IMG/VR virus record: IMGVR_UViG_3300027971_000044
Coordinates: 1-64,000 of that record
Reading direction: 5' to 3' (one strand)
DNA: 64,000 bases
Source of the DNA: a virus
In this document: in pieces, positions 33,974 to 44,100 of the stretch
Layout of the letters: every line of letters starts with the position of its first letter
Position numbering within the stretch: the stretch's first letter is position 1
Position numbers and translations under genes: made by a program
The notes under the pieces: model-generated
What the model saw: the letters and a program-made list of their open reading frames with translations, nothing else
What the model was told of the DNA's origin: nothing
Databases searched by the model: none

Positions 33974-35308
33974 ATGAATATTGAAAAGTCTTTATGGACT
34001 AGCCATGGCAATGACATTAACTTGTCTGTTCCTTTCACTAAAGTTAACCGTGAAAATAGAACTGTCTCTGGTTTTGCAACACTCGACAATGTAGACCAAA
34101 CTGGTGACGTTGTAACTTCTGAAGCAAGCGTAAAGGCATTTGAAAGCTTTCGTGGGAACATCCGTGAAATGCATGGATCTCTTGCAGTTGGAAAGATGGT
34201 TTCTTTTAAGCCAGAAACTTTCTATGATCCAACAACCAAAGAGTTTTATAACGGAGTTTATGTAACAGCATACATTTCAAAAGGCGCACAAGATAGCTGG
34301 GAGAAAGTTCTAGATGGAACTCTTTCAGGATTCTCAATCGGCGGGAAGATTAAAGAGTCAGATAACGAAGTTAATAAAGCTACAGGTAAAACTGTAAGAT
34401 TTATTAAAGACTACGAATTGATGGAGCTATCAATTGTAGATTCTCCAGCAAATGAGCTATGTAACATTCTTTCTATTCAGAAAGTAAATGGACAATACAT
34501 TGCAAAGGGTATAGCAGTAGATGTTGTAACCGAAAATATTTTTTACTGTGAAGACAGTAATTCTGTTTTTATCTCAACAGATAAGACATATGACTCACCA
34601 GTATCTGGTAAGCCAGCACAACTAATTGGTTGGGTTGAGAGTTCAGATGTTAATAAAGCAAAAGAGATTGATAAGATTCTTGATGCATATAAGCATTCAA
34701 GATTTACGTTGCCTGATACACAAAAAATTGCAAAACAGGCAAACGCAGAAGGAGGTAATGAAATGTCAGAAAACACAGAAAACGTAGTTACTGAAGATGT
34801 TGCAGTCGATGCAGCAGTTGAAGTAGCCGTTGAAGAGACAGCAGTTGTTGCAGAAGATGCAGCTCCAGCTGAGGCTCCTGCAGAAGCAGTAGCAGAAGAC
34901 GTTCCTGCCGAGACTCTGGAAAAAGCAGCCGAAGTATCAGAAGATAAGGTTGATGAACCTGATTTTGCAAAGATGTTAGGCGATCTAAAAGGCTTTTTCT
35001 CAGAAACTCTAAATAAGGCATCTGAAGCAAATGCAGCACAAGTTACAACAATCCAAGAGACTGTTGAAGCTTTCAGCAAGAGCGTAGATGCTAGAATTTC
35101 AGAGTTGGCAGAACAACACACAGTACTTTCAAGTGCTGTAAATGATATCAAGAGCACGATTGATGGTGTACAAAAGCGTGTCGACGCAGTAGAATCAGAG
35201 ACTGCAATTAAGAAGTCTTCAGATCTTGGCCGATCAGAAGAAGTAACAATCAAAAAATCCAAATGGAACGGTTCTTTCCTCGGTTCCGTGAACGAAATAT
35301 TTAACTAA
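33974..35308 (+). CDS. prohead protease fused to scaffold
   Basis: VSGFA..D.VD..GD, REMH, GFSIGG, ELSIVD.PAN; acidic coiled-coil C-terminus. Confidence 0.88.
   Translation: MNIEKSLWTSHGNDINLSVPFTKVNRENRTVSGFATLDNVDQTGDVVTSEASVKAFESFRGNIREMHGSLAVGKMVSFKPETFYDPTTKEFYNGVYVTAYISKGAQDSWEKVLDGTLSGFSIGGKIKESDNEVNKATGKTVRFIKDYELMELSIVDSPANELCNILSIQKVNGQYIAKGIAVDVVTENIFYCEDSNSVFISTDKTYDSPVSGKPAQLIGWVESSDVNKAKEIDKILDAYKHSRFTLPDTQKIAKQANAEGGNEMSENTENVVTEDVAVDAAVEVAVEETAVVAEDAAPAEAPAEAVAEDVPAETLEKAAEVSEDKVDEPDFAKMLGDLKGFFSETLNKASEANAAQVTTIQETVEAFSKSVDARISELAEQHTVLSSAVNDIKSTIDGVQKRVDAVESETAIKKSSDLGRSEEVTIKKSKWNGSFLGSVNEIFN
34763..35308 (+). CDS. putative scaffolding protein from internal in-frame start
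   Basis: SD AAGGAGGT 6 nt before in-frame ATG (MSENTENVV...). Confidence 0.55.
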   Translation: MSENTENVVTEDVAVDAAVEVAVEETAVVAEDAAPAEAPAEAVAEDVPAETLEKAAEVSEDKVDEPDFAKMLGDLKGFFSETLNKASEANAAQVTTIQETVEAFSKSVDARISELAEQHTVLSSAVNDIKSTIDGVQKRVDAVESETAIKKSSDLGRSEEVTIKKSKWNGSFLGSVNEIFN

Positions 35309-35322
35309 GGTAGGTATAAATA

Positions 35323-36372
35323 ATGAGCAATGAAACATTAGAAAAAGCAATTGCAACTGGCACAACAGCCCGTGGTACATTTGCTTCAACAACTGGTGGT
35401 TCTGGAGTACACACAGCTAGCGAGTCTGGCAATGGTGGTCTTCTTAACCCTGAACAGTCTGCCCGCTTCCTTGACTATATGTTCGACGCAACCGTAATCG
35501 GTAAAGTTGCACGTACAGTTCGTATGAAGTCAGACACAGCCGAGATTGACCGTATGTCCGTTGGTGAGAAGCTTATGAAGCTTGCAACTGAAGGAGATAA
35601 CGATGCTGCTAATAGTGCAGTAACTTTCTCAAAGATTTCTCTAACAACAAAGAAACTCCGCATGGACTGGGAGCTTTCAACTGAGTCTCTAGAAGACAAC
35701 ATCGAAGGTGCAGATCTAGAAGATCATATTGCACGTTTGATGGCAACACAGGCAGGAAATGACATCGAAGATGTTATTCTTAACGGTGACACATCTCTAA
35801 CAGGAGACGCTCTTTACAAGTCATTTGATGGCGTTGTAAAGAAGGCAAAGGCATCAGGTCGCGTCGTAGACGCAGCAGGTGCTGAAGTTTCTCGTGAAGT
35901 ATTCAACAAGGCACTTAAGGCTATGCCACGTAAGTACAAGCAACGTCGTGCAGACCTTCGCTTCCTTGCTGGATCAAACTTGATTCAGGACTTCCTATAC
36001 AAGAACAGTATTGGAACAAACCAGACAATTCCACAGGACATCGCTTCAAGCGTAATCCGTGGCGGAGTCGCACCACTAGGTGGACCTGCAGGATACGTAG
36101 CACCATTCGCGTTCGGTATTCCGATCATCGAAGTTCCGCTACTTGCAGAAGCACAGACTGGTACACACTCAGGAGCTTCAGGTTCACACGGAGATATCCA
36201 CTTGTCATTCCCAAATAACGTAGTTATTGGTGTCAAGCGTGATGTAACTGTTTACCGTTTCTTCTGGCCACGTAAGGACTCAATCGAGTACACAATGTAC
36301 ACTCGTGTTGGCGTCCAGATCGAACAAGCAGATGCTTGGGTTGTCGTAAAGAACGTTAAGGTTGCTTCTTAA
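35323..36372 (+). CDS. major capsid protein (HK97 fold)
   Basis: GGLLNPEQ..RF, ESLEDNIEG, AGNDIED..LNGD; follows protease; strongly biased codon use. Confidence 0.92.
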   Translation: MSNETLEKAIATGTTARGTFASTTGGSGVHTASESGNGGLLNPEQSARFLDYMFDATVIGKVARTVRMKSDTAEIDRMSVGEKLMKLATEGDNDAANSAVTFSKISLTTKKLRMDWELSTESLEDNIEGADLEDHIARLMATQAGNDIEDVILNGDTSLTGDALYKSFDGVVKKAKASGRVVDAAGAEVSREVFNKALKAMPRKYKQRRADLRFLAGSNLIQDFLYKNSIGTNQTIPQDIASSVIRGGVAPLGGPAGYVAPFAFGIPIIEVPLLAEAQTGTHSGASGSHGDIHLSFPNNVVIGVKRDVTVYRFFWPRKDSIEYTMYTRVGVQIEQADAWVVVKNVKVAS

Positions 36373-36397
36373 TTAATTAAGAAATAGCCCCAGAAAG

Positions 36398-36424
36398 GCC
36401 CCCAATTAATTTTGGGGGCTTTTC
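36398..36424 (+). terminator. intrinsic terminator after capsid gene
   Basis: GCCCCCAA-TTAATT-TTGGGGGC-TTTT. Confidence 0.8.
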
Positions 36425-36473
36425 ATTTTAATTTAACAATGCTATAATTGAAGAACCTAACAAAGGAGAATAT

Positions 36474-36881
36474 ATGTCATTTGAGACATTGAAAGTAGCA
36501 GAACTCAGAAAAGTTGCAGAGGACTTTGCAGTTGACACTGATGGACTAAAGAATAAGGCCGATATTGTTGCCGCTCTTACCGAAGAGGGAGTAACTTGGT
36601 CTGTTTACCAAAAGACTATTAAGGATATTGAAAAAGCGGCAGACGAATTCAGCGAAGATGCAGAAGAGATTCTTCCAAGATTTAATCCTGATGCTCAGCC
36701 AGAAAATACATTGCTAGTCAGAATGACTAGAGAGAATTATAGATATGATATTCTTAACTATACATTTACAAAAGAGCATCCTTTTGTCGCAATGACATCA
36801 GAAGACGCTCAAGAAATTTTTGACAAGGAGGAGGGTTTCCGCTTAGCAACTCCAAAGGAAGTTCAGGAGTACTACGCTTAA
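36474..36881 (+). CDS. head-associated protein with N-terminal HeH-like motif
   Basis: LKVAELRKVAE...KADIVAAL; FTKEHPF, FRLATP.EV.EYY; position after capsid. Confidence 0.65.
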   Translation: MSFETLKVAELRKVAEDFAVDTDGLKNKADIVAALTEEGVTWSVYQKTIKDIEKAADEFSEDAEEILPRFNPDAQPENTLLVRMTRENYRYDILNYTFTKEHPFVAMTSEDAQEIFDKEEGFRLATPKEVQEYYA

Positions 36882-36891
36882 CCTTTATTAA

Positions 36892-37872
36892 ATGGAAATT
36901 CTAGTAGGTTCAAATTCACCAGTAACGCACAAAGTGTTTTGGCAGGGGCAACTAACTGACTCAGACAGTCTTCCAGTTGTTCGGCTATATGACATTACAG
37001 AAGATCCAGCAATATCTCCACCTATAAATCCTGGAACAATACTTGCAACATTAACGGCTGTAAAGTCGGAAGTAGATGCGGGTACATATGTTGTGTATAT
37101 TCCAGTATCATACACTACCAGACAAAGACAGCTTAGATTGAGTTGGTCATACACAGTTGGCTCAGTTTCTACAGAAAAGAACCATAAGATTTATGTGCAG
37201 ACTCCATATACAGATTTGAGCCAAGCAATTGATTCTTTAGGGTTGGGATCTGATTTTTCAGATCCTAATTCTAAATCATATTTTGAATTATGCAGTGCTG
37301 AAAGATACGCTAGAAAATTAATTGAAGCATATACTCAGCAACAGTTTTACTTATACGATGACGTGCAGATTGCATATGGATCAGGGTCAGATGTCTTGCC
37401 ACTTCCTTATAAATTAGCAGAACTGCATGAGCTATATCAAAATGATATCTTGCTTTTAAATACTTTAACTAATGTTAATAATTGGAACTACAACACAATC
37501 ATTTCAGAGAGCGGATTTGGAATAAGAATTAATAGAGCAAATATGCTTGATAATACTGTGTATACAGCAAACGGCATGGTTCCTCCTCCAACAAATGATG
37601 TATGGAATGGGGTATTTAAACAGGGAGTAACATACAGAGTTCAAGGCAAGTTTGGATGGGAAGAAGTTCCTGATGAAGTTGATCTTGCATGCATTGAATT
37701 AATGAAAGATTATTTTTCAAAAGATAAGGTTTGGCGTAATAAGTACATGAAGTCAATTCAAACATTTGACTGGAAATTCGAGTACAATTCTGGTACATAT
37801 TCAGGAACAGGCAATCTCTATGCAGATCAACTACTTCTTCCGTATGTTATCAATAAAATGGTTGTGATCTAA
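36892..37872 (+). CDS. head-tail adaptor protein
   Basis: AERYARKLIEAYT.Q.F, GKFGW..VP..V..A, TGNLYADQLL. Confidence 0.75.
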   Translation: MEILVGSNSPVTHKVFWQGQLTDSDSLPVVRLYDITEDPAISPPINPGTILATLTAVKSEVDAGTYVVYIPVSYTTRQRQLRLSWSYTVGSVSTEKNHKIYVQTPYTDLSQAIDSLGLGSDFSDPNSKSYFELCSAERYARKLIEAYTQQQFYLYDDVQIAYGSGSDVLPLPYKLAELHELYQNDILLLNTLTNVNNWNYNTIISESGFGIRINRANMLDNTVYTANGMVPPPTNDVWNGVFKQGVTYRVQGKFGWEEVPDEVDLACIELMKDYFSKDKVWRNKYMKSIQTFDWKFEYNSGTYSGTGNLYADQLLLPYVINKMVVI

Positions 37873-38297
37873 TGTATGATCTTGTTGACTCCGTTATGCC
37901 TATGTTCTTGGATGTCTACAGACAGTTTGATTTACAAGATCCAGATACAGGTTCTATAAAAAAAGAATGGCAGTTTGATAGAACAGTTCCTTGCAGCGCT
38001 AAAGGTATTATCAGTAACTCTTCTTCCAGCAGAACTGGAGATAGACAAGTAATGTCTAATAAATATACTAATGATCAAATTTTACAAATTAGAACATCAG
38101 AAAAAATAACTTTAAGAGAAAAAATTACAAATATTAGAGACTCAGAAGGAACTGTAATTTGGGAAGAATTAAATTTTCCAACTAACACTCCTACAGTTTT
38201 TGAGTTAATGGGAACTACTCCAATGACAGATCCACTGGGCGGAGTTCTAGGATATAACTCTACTGTCAAGAGATCGGAAAACCAGACAATTGGATAA
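37872..38297 (+). CDS. head-tail stopper/closure protein
   Basis: Size and position; QDPDTG.IKK.W. Confidence 0.65.
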   Translation: MYDLVDSVMPMFLDVYRQFDLQDPDTGSIKKEWQFDRTVPCSAKGIISNSSSSRTGDRQVMSNKYTNDQILQIRTSEKITLREKITNIRDSEGTVIWEELNFPTNTPTVFELMGTTPMTDPLGGVLGYNSTVKRSENQTIG

Positions 38298-39072
38298 TAG
38301 CTCACTACTAGTCACGGCTGCCAGCGGTCTTCAAAAAGGCATGGCGGGAACTAAAGGCACCGTTTTAAGAGATAGCACAGTAGCACAAATATCTGCTGCA
38401 ATATATTATCACGCACAAGTAGTATCTAAACTAACAACAAATAAACAATTTCAAAAGAAATTTCAGTCTGTAATATTTAAACAAATAGAAGAAGACTTTG
38501 GTCTATATGTAGACTCACAATCAAGAATGAATCCTAAGTCTTTGCATCATGTGTACGAGTGGAAAAAGACGGGAAACAAAAATTCAAGATTATTTAAGCT
38601 AAAGGTATTGTCTACAGACGGACTTTCATTTAAAATTACATCTAGCTTTTTGCCTTCTAAATCTGCCGTCCCAAATCAATTTGGAAAGAGAAGACACGTA
38701 TTTATTAATAAAGCATCCGTGATGGAAGCTGGAATACCTCTAGTAATCCGCCCTAAGTTCGCAGAGCGCTTAGTATTTGAAACTAGTACTGGAGTAGTAT
38801 ATATGCCCAAAGGGGCTTCTGTGACCGTTACAAGGCCTGGTGGAGGCAAAGCTACTGGAAGGTTCCAAATAGCTTACGCACAATTCTTTACTGGCAATCT
38901 AGTAAATACAGCAATTAAAAGATCTGGCTTCCAACAACTATTTAATTCATCACTAACTAAAGCAATGAGAGTCCCATCAGATGTTAGAAAAGTTAAATAT
39001 TCATTTAATGCTAACACATTAAATATGAATGCAGAATCAGCAATTGCTTCAGCATTTGGAGGTGCAGTATGA
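38290..39072 (+). CDS. neck/tail-completion protein
   Basis: TTG start; LHHVYEW...RLF, FINKA.VME.G; position. Confidence 0.6.
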   Translation: MDNSSLLVTAASGLQKGMAGTKGTVLRDSTVAQISAAIYYHAQVVSKLTTNKQFQKKFQSVIFKQIEEDFGLYVDSQSRMNPKSLHHVYEWKKTGNKNSRLFKLKVLSTDGLSFKITSSFLPSKSAVPNQFGKRRHVFINKASVMEAGIPLVIRPKFAERLVFETSTGVVYMPKGASVTVTRPGGGKATGRFQIAYAQFFTGNLVNTAIKRSGFQQLFNSSLTKAMRVPSDVRKVKYSFNANTLNMNAESAIASAFGGAV

Positions 39073-39578
39073 CAGACTATAAGGCAGATATAATGCTTGA
39101 TTTAAGAAAGTACCTTTGGTCTGAATTAAAAGCTAATAATATTTTTACAGCCACGGACTATTATTCAGACAATATAGGTCAAGAGATTGTTCCAATTATT
39201 CCAGTTCAACAGTCTCCAGAAATGAATCAATTTTTGAGCGGGAAGAAGCACATAGTCTATGACAAGATAGGGTTATCATATGAAGACAACTGGGCTATAT
39301 GCTGTGAGCAGATTCTGTTCACTATATATTCAATAGATGTTTCAGATATAAATGAGGTTAGAAACCTAATGACAGATTTATTCAGAAGAATGGATGATTC
39401 AGCTAGGGATGCAAATGCCTATTCTGGCATATCCAAGAAGTTTAAATTCTTCAGCATATTTGTTGCTGATATTTCTCCAACAGCCCCATCCGAAGAATTG
39501 GCAGGATTCCTATCAGCAGATGTAATCCTTGAGGTTAAATACGCAAGACACCTAGGCCTTACTGGACGCTTTGCTTAA
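39069..39578 (+). CDS. tail terminator protein
   Basis: Position immediately before major tail; IIPVQQ, IVYD, D.FRRMD.SA. Confidence 0.65.
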   Translation: MTDYKADIMLDLRKYLWSELKANNIFTATDYYSDNIGQEIVPIIPVQQSPEMNQFLSGKKHIVYDKIGLSYEDNWAICCEQILFTIYSIDVSDINEVRNLMTDLFRRMDDSARDANAYSGISKKFKFFSIFVADISPTAPSEELAGFLSADVILEVKYARHLGLTGRFA

Positions 39579-39579
39579 T

Positions 39580-39608
39580 TTGCCTTTGGGCGCATTATAC
39601 TCTATTAT
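39580..39608 (+). promoter_or_regulatory. promoter of major tail gene
   Basis: TTGCCT-N17-TATTAT. Confidence 0.45.
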
Positions 39609-39695
39609 TGTACATAGAGGGAAGGGCCTAGCCAGCCAAGATTTAATGATTTACAACAATATATATATATTTTTATAAATAGGAGGAAAATAACT

Positions 39696-40406
39696 ATGGC
39701 ACAATCCGTAGGTAATGCTAAAAATATTCTAGTTGGCGCATCTCCATTGTTCTTGTCGAATGTTGACATTAACGATTCAGATTATATCGCTAACGCAGAA
39801 GCAGGCGTAGCAATCTCATCAGGTGCAACAACAGTTGGAGTTCCAGCTTTTGCACCAGGAGCATCATACGCAACTACGCTTAATAACGTAAACCAAACAG
39901 CAGGACTTTTTGGATACCGTAACGTTGGTTTTACTAACAATGGTCTTCAAATCACATATAACCCAACATTCGATTCAGTAACAGTTGATCAGCTACTTGA
40001 TACAGCTAAGCTGTTCAAGTCTGCAATGGAAGTTATGATCGCAACAGAAATGTCAGAAGGTACTCTAGAGAACATCGTAACAGTGTTCGGACAGAGCTCA
40101 AGCACACTTTCAGCAGTAACTGGAACATCTACAACTACCAAGCAAGAACTTGGTCTAGCAGCAGGATCACTTGGTGCCGCTCCAACAGAGCGTCAACTAA
40201 TTGCAGTAGGACAGGCTCCAACAGCAGGTTCAACTTCATCTGAGCGTGTATATTATGCACGTCGTGTTTTGTCTGTACAACAGTCACAGCACTCTCTTGC
40301 ACGTACAACTGCGACCACATTCCCAGTGACTTTCCGTCTTCTACCAGATGCTAACTACTCTGGCTCAGAATACGGCAAGATTATTGACCGTGTATTAGTA
40401 GTATAA
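39696..40406 (+). CDS. major tail tube protein
   Basis: NILVGA..LF, VGFTNNGLQITY.P..DSV.VDQ.LD, FPVTFRLLP; strong SD. Confidence 0.88.
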   Translation: MAQSVGNAKNILVGASPLFLSNVDINDSDYIANAEAGVAISSGATTVGVPAFAPGASYATTLNNVNQTAGLFGYRNVGFTNNGLQITYNPTFDSVTVDQLLDTAKLFKSAMEVMIATEMSEGTLENIVTVFGQSSSTLSAVTGTSTTTKQELGLAAGSLGAAPTERQLIAVGQAPTAGSTSSERVYYARRVLSVQQSQHSLARTTATTFPVTFRLLPDANYSGSEYGKIIDRVLVV

Positions 40407-40426
40407 TAAATTCAATTTATTAATGA

Positions 40427-40457
40427 AAACCCCCAGGAAACTGGGGGTTTCTCATTT
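40427..40457 (+). terminator. intrinsic terminator
   Basis: AAACCCCCAG-GAAA-CTGGGGGTTT. Confidence 0.8.
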
Positions 40458-40513
40458 GTGTCGATAATATCTATATGTTATAATAATTAAGACTAGATCC
40501 TAGGAGGATTAAA

Positions 40514-40846
40514 TTGGCAACAACAGTATATAGCGTAGAAGAACTAACGCTTCAAAATGGCTCAACGGTTAAGCTTAAGCCATTGAGTATCAAAGAGCTA
40601 AGAAAATTTATGCTCGTATTACAGGCAGCAAGCAATTCAACTACAGAAGATCAAACACTTAATGTATTAATTGATGCGGTTGCAGTAGCACTTGAAAAAC
40701 AACTACCAGATTTGGTAGCAGATAGAGATGCATTAGAAGATGCACTCGACGTCCCCACAATCAATCGCATACTTGAGGTATGTGGTGGGATTAAGATGGA
40801 CGACCCAAACCTTCTAGCGGCAGCGGTTCTGGCTGGTCAGAATTAG
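40514..40846 (+). CDS. tail assembly chaperone (G)
   Basis: TTG start with SD GGAGG; lies between major tail and tape measure genes. Confidence 0.85.
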   Translation: MATTVYSVEELTLQNGSTVKLKPLSIKELRKFMLVLQAASNSTTEDQTLNVLIDAVAVALEKQLPDLVADRDALEDALDVPTINRILEVCGGIKMDDPNLLAAAVLAGQN

Positions 40847-41181
40847 ATTTAGCCGCTTTAGAAGGTGAAGTTTTTCTTCTAGGTCACTGGAAGAATTACG
40901 AAGAACTAGAAGAAAGTCTTTCGATGCCAGAGCTTATTCAAACATTGAAGTCTTTTAAGAAGCAAAAGTCGGAAGACAGAAAGTTTACGGCAAGTCTTAA
41001 AGGAATAGATCTAGATGTAACTGAGGAAGACGCAGGGACTCAAGCAAAAACTTTTGAAGATGTGCAAAGACAAGCTCTTGGTATAAATGCTTCAGGTGAT
41101 GATATAGTTTCCTTACAGGGAAGCTTTGCAGAACAAGCAGGGTTTGGAATTGGGGCAGGTCTAGGCTACATAGAGGAGTAA
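40804..41181 (+). CDS. tail assembly chaperone T segment (G-T fusion via -1 frameshift)
   Basis: Slippery C CCA AAC at 40804-40810; the -1 frame is open from 40795 to 41181 (PKPSSGSGSGWSELDLAALE...). Confidence 0.75.
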   Translation, partial: PKPSSGSGSGWSELDLAALEGEVFLLGHWKNYEELEESLSMPELIQTLKSFKKQKSEDRKFTASLKGIDLDVTEEDAGTQAKTFEDVQRQALGINASGDDIVSLQGSFAEQAGFGIGAGLGYIEE

Positions 41182-41192
41182 CATAAAGATAA

Positions 41193-44100
41193 ATGGCTGA
41201 TGAAAATATTGTAACTAATATAGTTGCTAATGCAGATTTTTCAGGTCTTATTGCAGATGTCAATAAGGTTGCAGCCTCTCTATCAAAACTCCAAGCACAA
41301 ATAATTCAGTCGGACGCAAGACTTGCAAGTCAAGTCGCTACGATGAACAGATCCTTTGGTGAAAACCTAAGAAGAACTGGTCAGTTTGCAACACACTTTG
41401 TTACCTTAACATCGGATGTTGAAAAGTTTGGCACCAACCTAGACAGGGGCCAAATGAAACTGAAGCAGTATTTTCAGACATTTAGCCAGCATACAAAAAC
41501 ACAAGGCGGATTAATTAGAGACCTTGCTAAACAGCAAGTAGCACTACAAAATGCAATCATACAGCCAATGGGCAAAAATGCTCAAGGGCTTATGCAATAT
41601 AGCGTACATATTCCACAAGGTCTTGATGCAATAAAAAATAAGACTGCTCTTGCTAAACAAGAACTTCAAATCATGAATAAGGTTATTCAAGATGGTGGAG
41701 TTCAAATGATTAACTGGGGTAAAAATACTCAGTGGGCAGGTCGTCAATTAACAGTAGGACTTACAGTCCCACTAGCAGCATTTGGTAAAGCAGCAGCCGA
41801 TGCATTTAGAATGGCAGACGCAGAACTAGTAAGACTTACAAAAGTTTACGGTGGAGTTGCAGCTACATCAGCAGCAGAGCTTGGAAAAGTAAGAAGAGAA
41901 GTTACTGAAACAGCAAGAGATATTGCAAAGGCCTATGGTGTTTCATTTAAAGATACTATTACTCTTGCAGCAGATATTGCGGCAACAGGTAAACAGGGTA
42001 ACGAACTGCTAGCTTCAGTTAAAGAAACAAGCAGACTTGCAGTACTTGGTGAAGTAGATAGACAAGATGCCATGAAGGCAACGCTGGCAATTCAAAATAC
42101 GTTTAAACAAAATACAGATCAGCTATCTGAATCAATTAACTTTCTCAACGCAGTTGAAAACCAGACATCAACAAGCCTTGCAGATCTAATTGAAGCAATT
42201 CCAAAAGCGGGACCAGTTATTCAGGGAATGGGTGGAAGCGTAAAAGATTTAGCACTTTATCTTACAGCAATGAAAGAAGGTGGAATTAATGCTGCAGAGG
42301 GAGCAAATGCTCTTAAATCAGCACTTGCTTCCTTGATTAACCCAACAAAAGTTGCAACAGCAAAATTTGCAGATATGGGAATAGACCTAGGCGGCATAGT
42401 ATCAAAAAATGCTGGAAATCTTACTGAAACAATTTTAGAGCTACAAAAGGCATTAGATAACCTAGATCCTTTGCAAAAACAACAGGCTATTGAACAGCTA
42501 TTCGGAAAGTTCCAGTTTGCTCGACTTAATGCTTTGTTCTCAAACTTAGGAAAGCAGGGAAGCCAAACCCTTCAGGTAATGGATTTAATGAAAGCTAGCT
42601 CTCAAGAATTAGCAGGAGTAGCGGGTCGAGAATTATCAATGGTAACAGAGTCTGCTTCTGGAAAATACAGAAGAGCAGTAGAAGGATTAAAGGCAGATCT
42701 TGCAGGAGTTGGAGAAGAGTTTTTAAAGATTCAGACATTCTTTATTAATGTCGTAGACGGAATTATTAAGTTTATAAACAAATTACCAGACCCAATTAAA
42801 TCTTTGTTGACATTTGTTACAGGATTTACAGCAATCATTGGCCCAGTAATTATGCTAACGGGTGTTCTTGCTAACTTCTTTGGATATATTATTAAGGGAG
42901 CTTCACACTTCAGATCCTTATTTAAAGGCGGAGAAGGCTGGAAGATGCTTACGCCAGAAATTTTGGCAGCACAAAAAGCAGGATCTCTTGTTGAACAAAC
43001 ATTTTATAGTGATGCAAAAGCAGCAACAGTATTAAAAACAGCAATTGCAGGGCTTGTAACAGAATTTGAATTACTACAATCTAAAGCAATGACAGGTGCA
43101 GTATCTGCAGGACCAGCAATTTCAACCGTAGCTGGCAACCTAGTGTCACCTGGTGGAATGGGAAGAGTTGTCAATCCAGATCATCCTTTAATTAGCCCTG
43201 AAGATACACGCTCAATGTCACATCTTAATCCAGTTGCTGGAATGACGCTAGATCAAAAATCACAACAAACAATTTTTAGCACAGTACCAGGAGCGCCAAA
43301 GGTTAATCAAAAGATTGGAAACAACCCACAGATGTATATGTCTGGAGATCTTCCAAAGATTCCAGGACTTACATCAATAGGTGGAGCATCTACAGGTATT
43401 GTTGCAGCTGAAGCTGCTAAATGGCATGCAATGACAGGCGCACTTGCAATGCAATCAGAAACAGAAATTGCATTACTTAAAAAAGAAGTTCAAACTACGG
43501 GCTTAATAACATCATCATTATCTGATTCGTATCAAGCATTACTTCCTACAATGACTAAACTTACAGCAAATGCAGCAACAGAATCTGCAGCTATTGTTGC
43601 AGAACTTCAAGCAGGCAAAATAACTGTAGATCAAGCAAGATCTAAAATTATTCAATTAAATGCACAAGTAGAGTCTATGATTGCACAGGCATCAATAGAT
43701 ATTGCAGGGCAACAAGGAAGATCAATCGGCTTAACAACAGTTCCCCTATTAAATCAACCAGTTGTAAATGCTGCTGGAAAATCTAATATGAAAGAGCTTC
43801 TTCGACCAGGAAGAACTAGAAGTCTTCTTAATAAAATTGCGGGCGGATTAGGAGTAAGAACATTTGGTGCTGGGTACAGTACAGAAACAACAATTCCAAA
43901 AAGATTTGCAAATGGCGGAGTTGTATACAGAGGTGATGGAAGTGATGATCCAGAACTTCAAGGTCCACAATTTATACCAATGGGAACAGACAAAATTCCA
44001 GCAATGCTTACTGAAGGAGAATTTGTTGTAACAAAAGAAGCAACTGCTGCAAATCTGCCAGTGCTTCAAGCAATGAATAACAACCCTGCTCCATTAAAAA

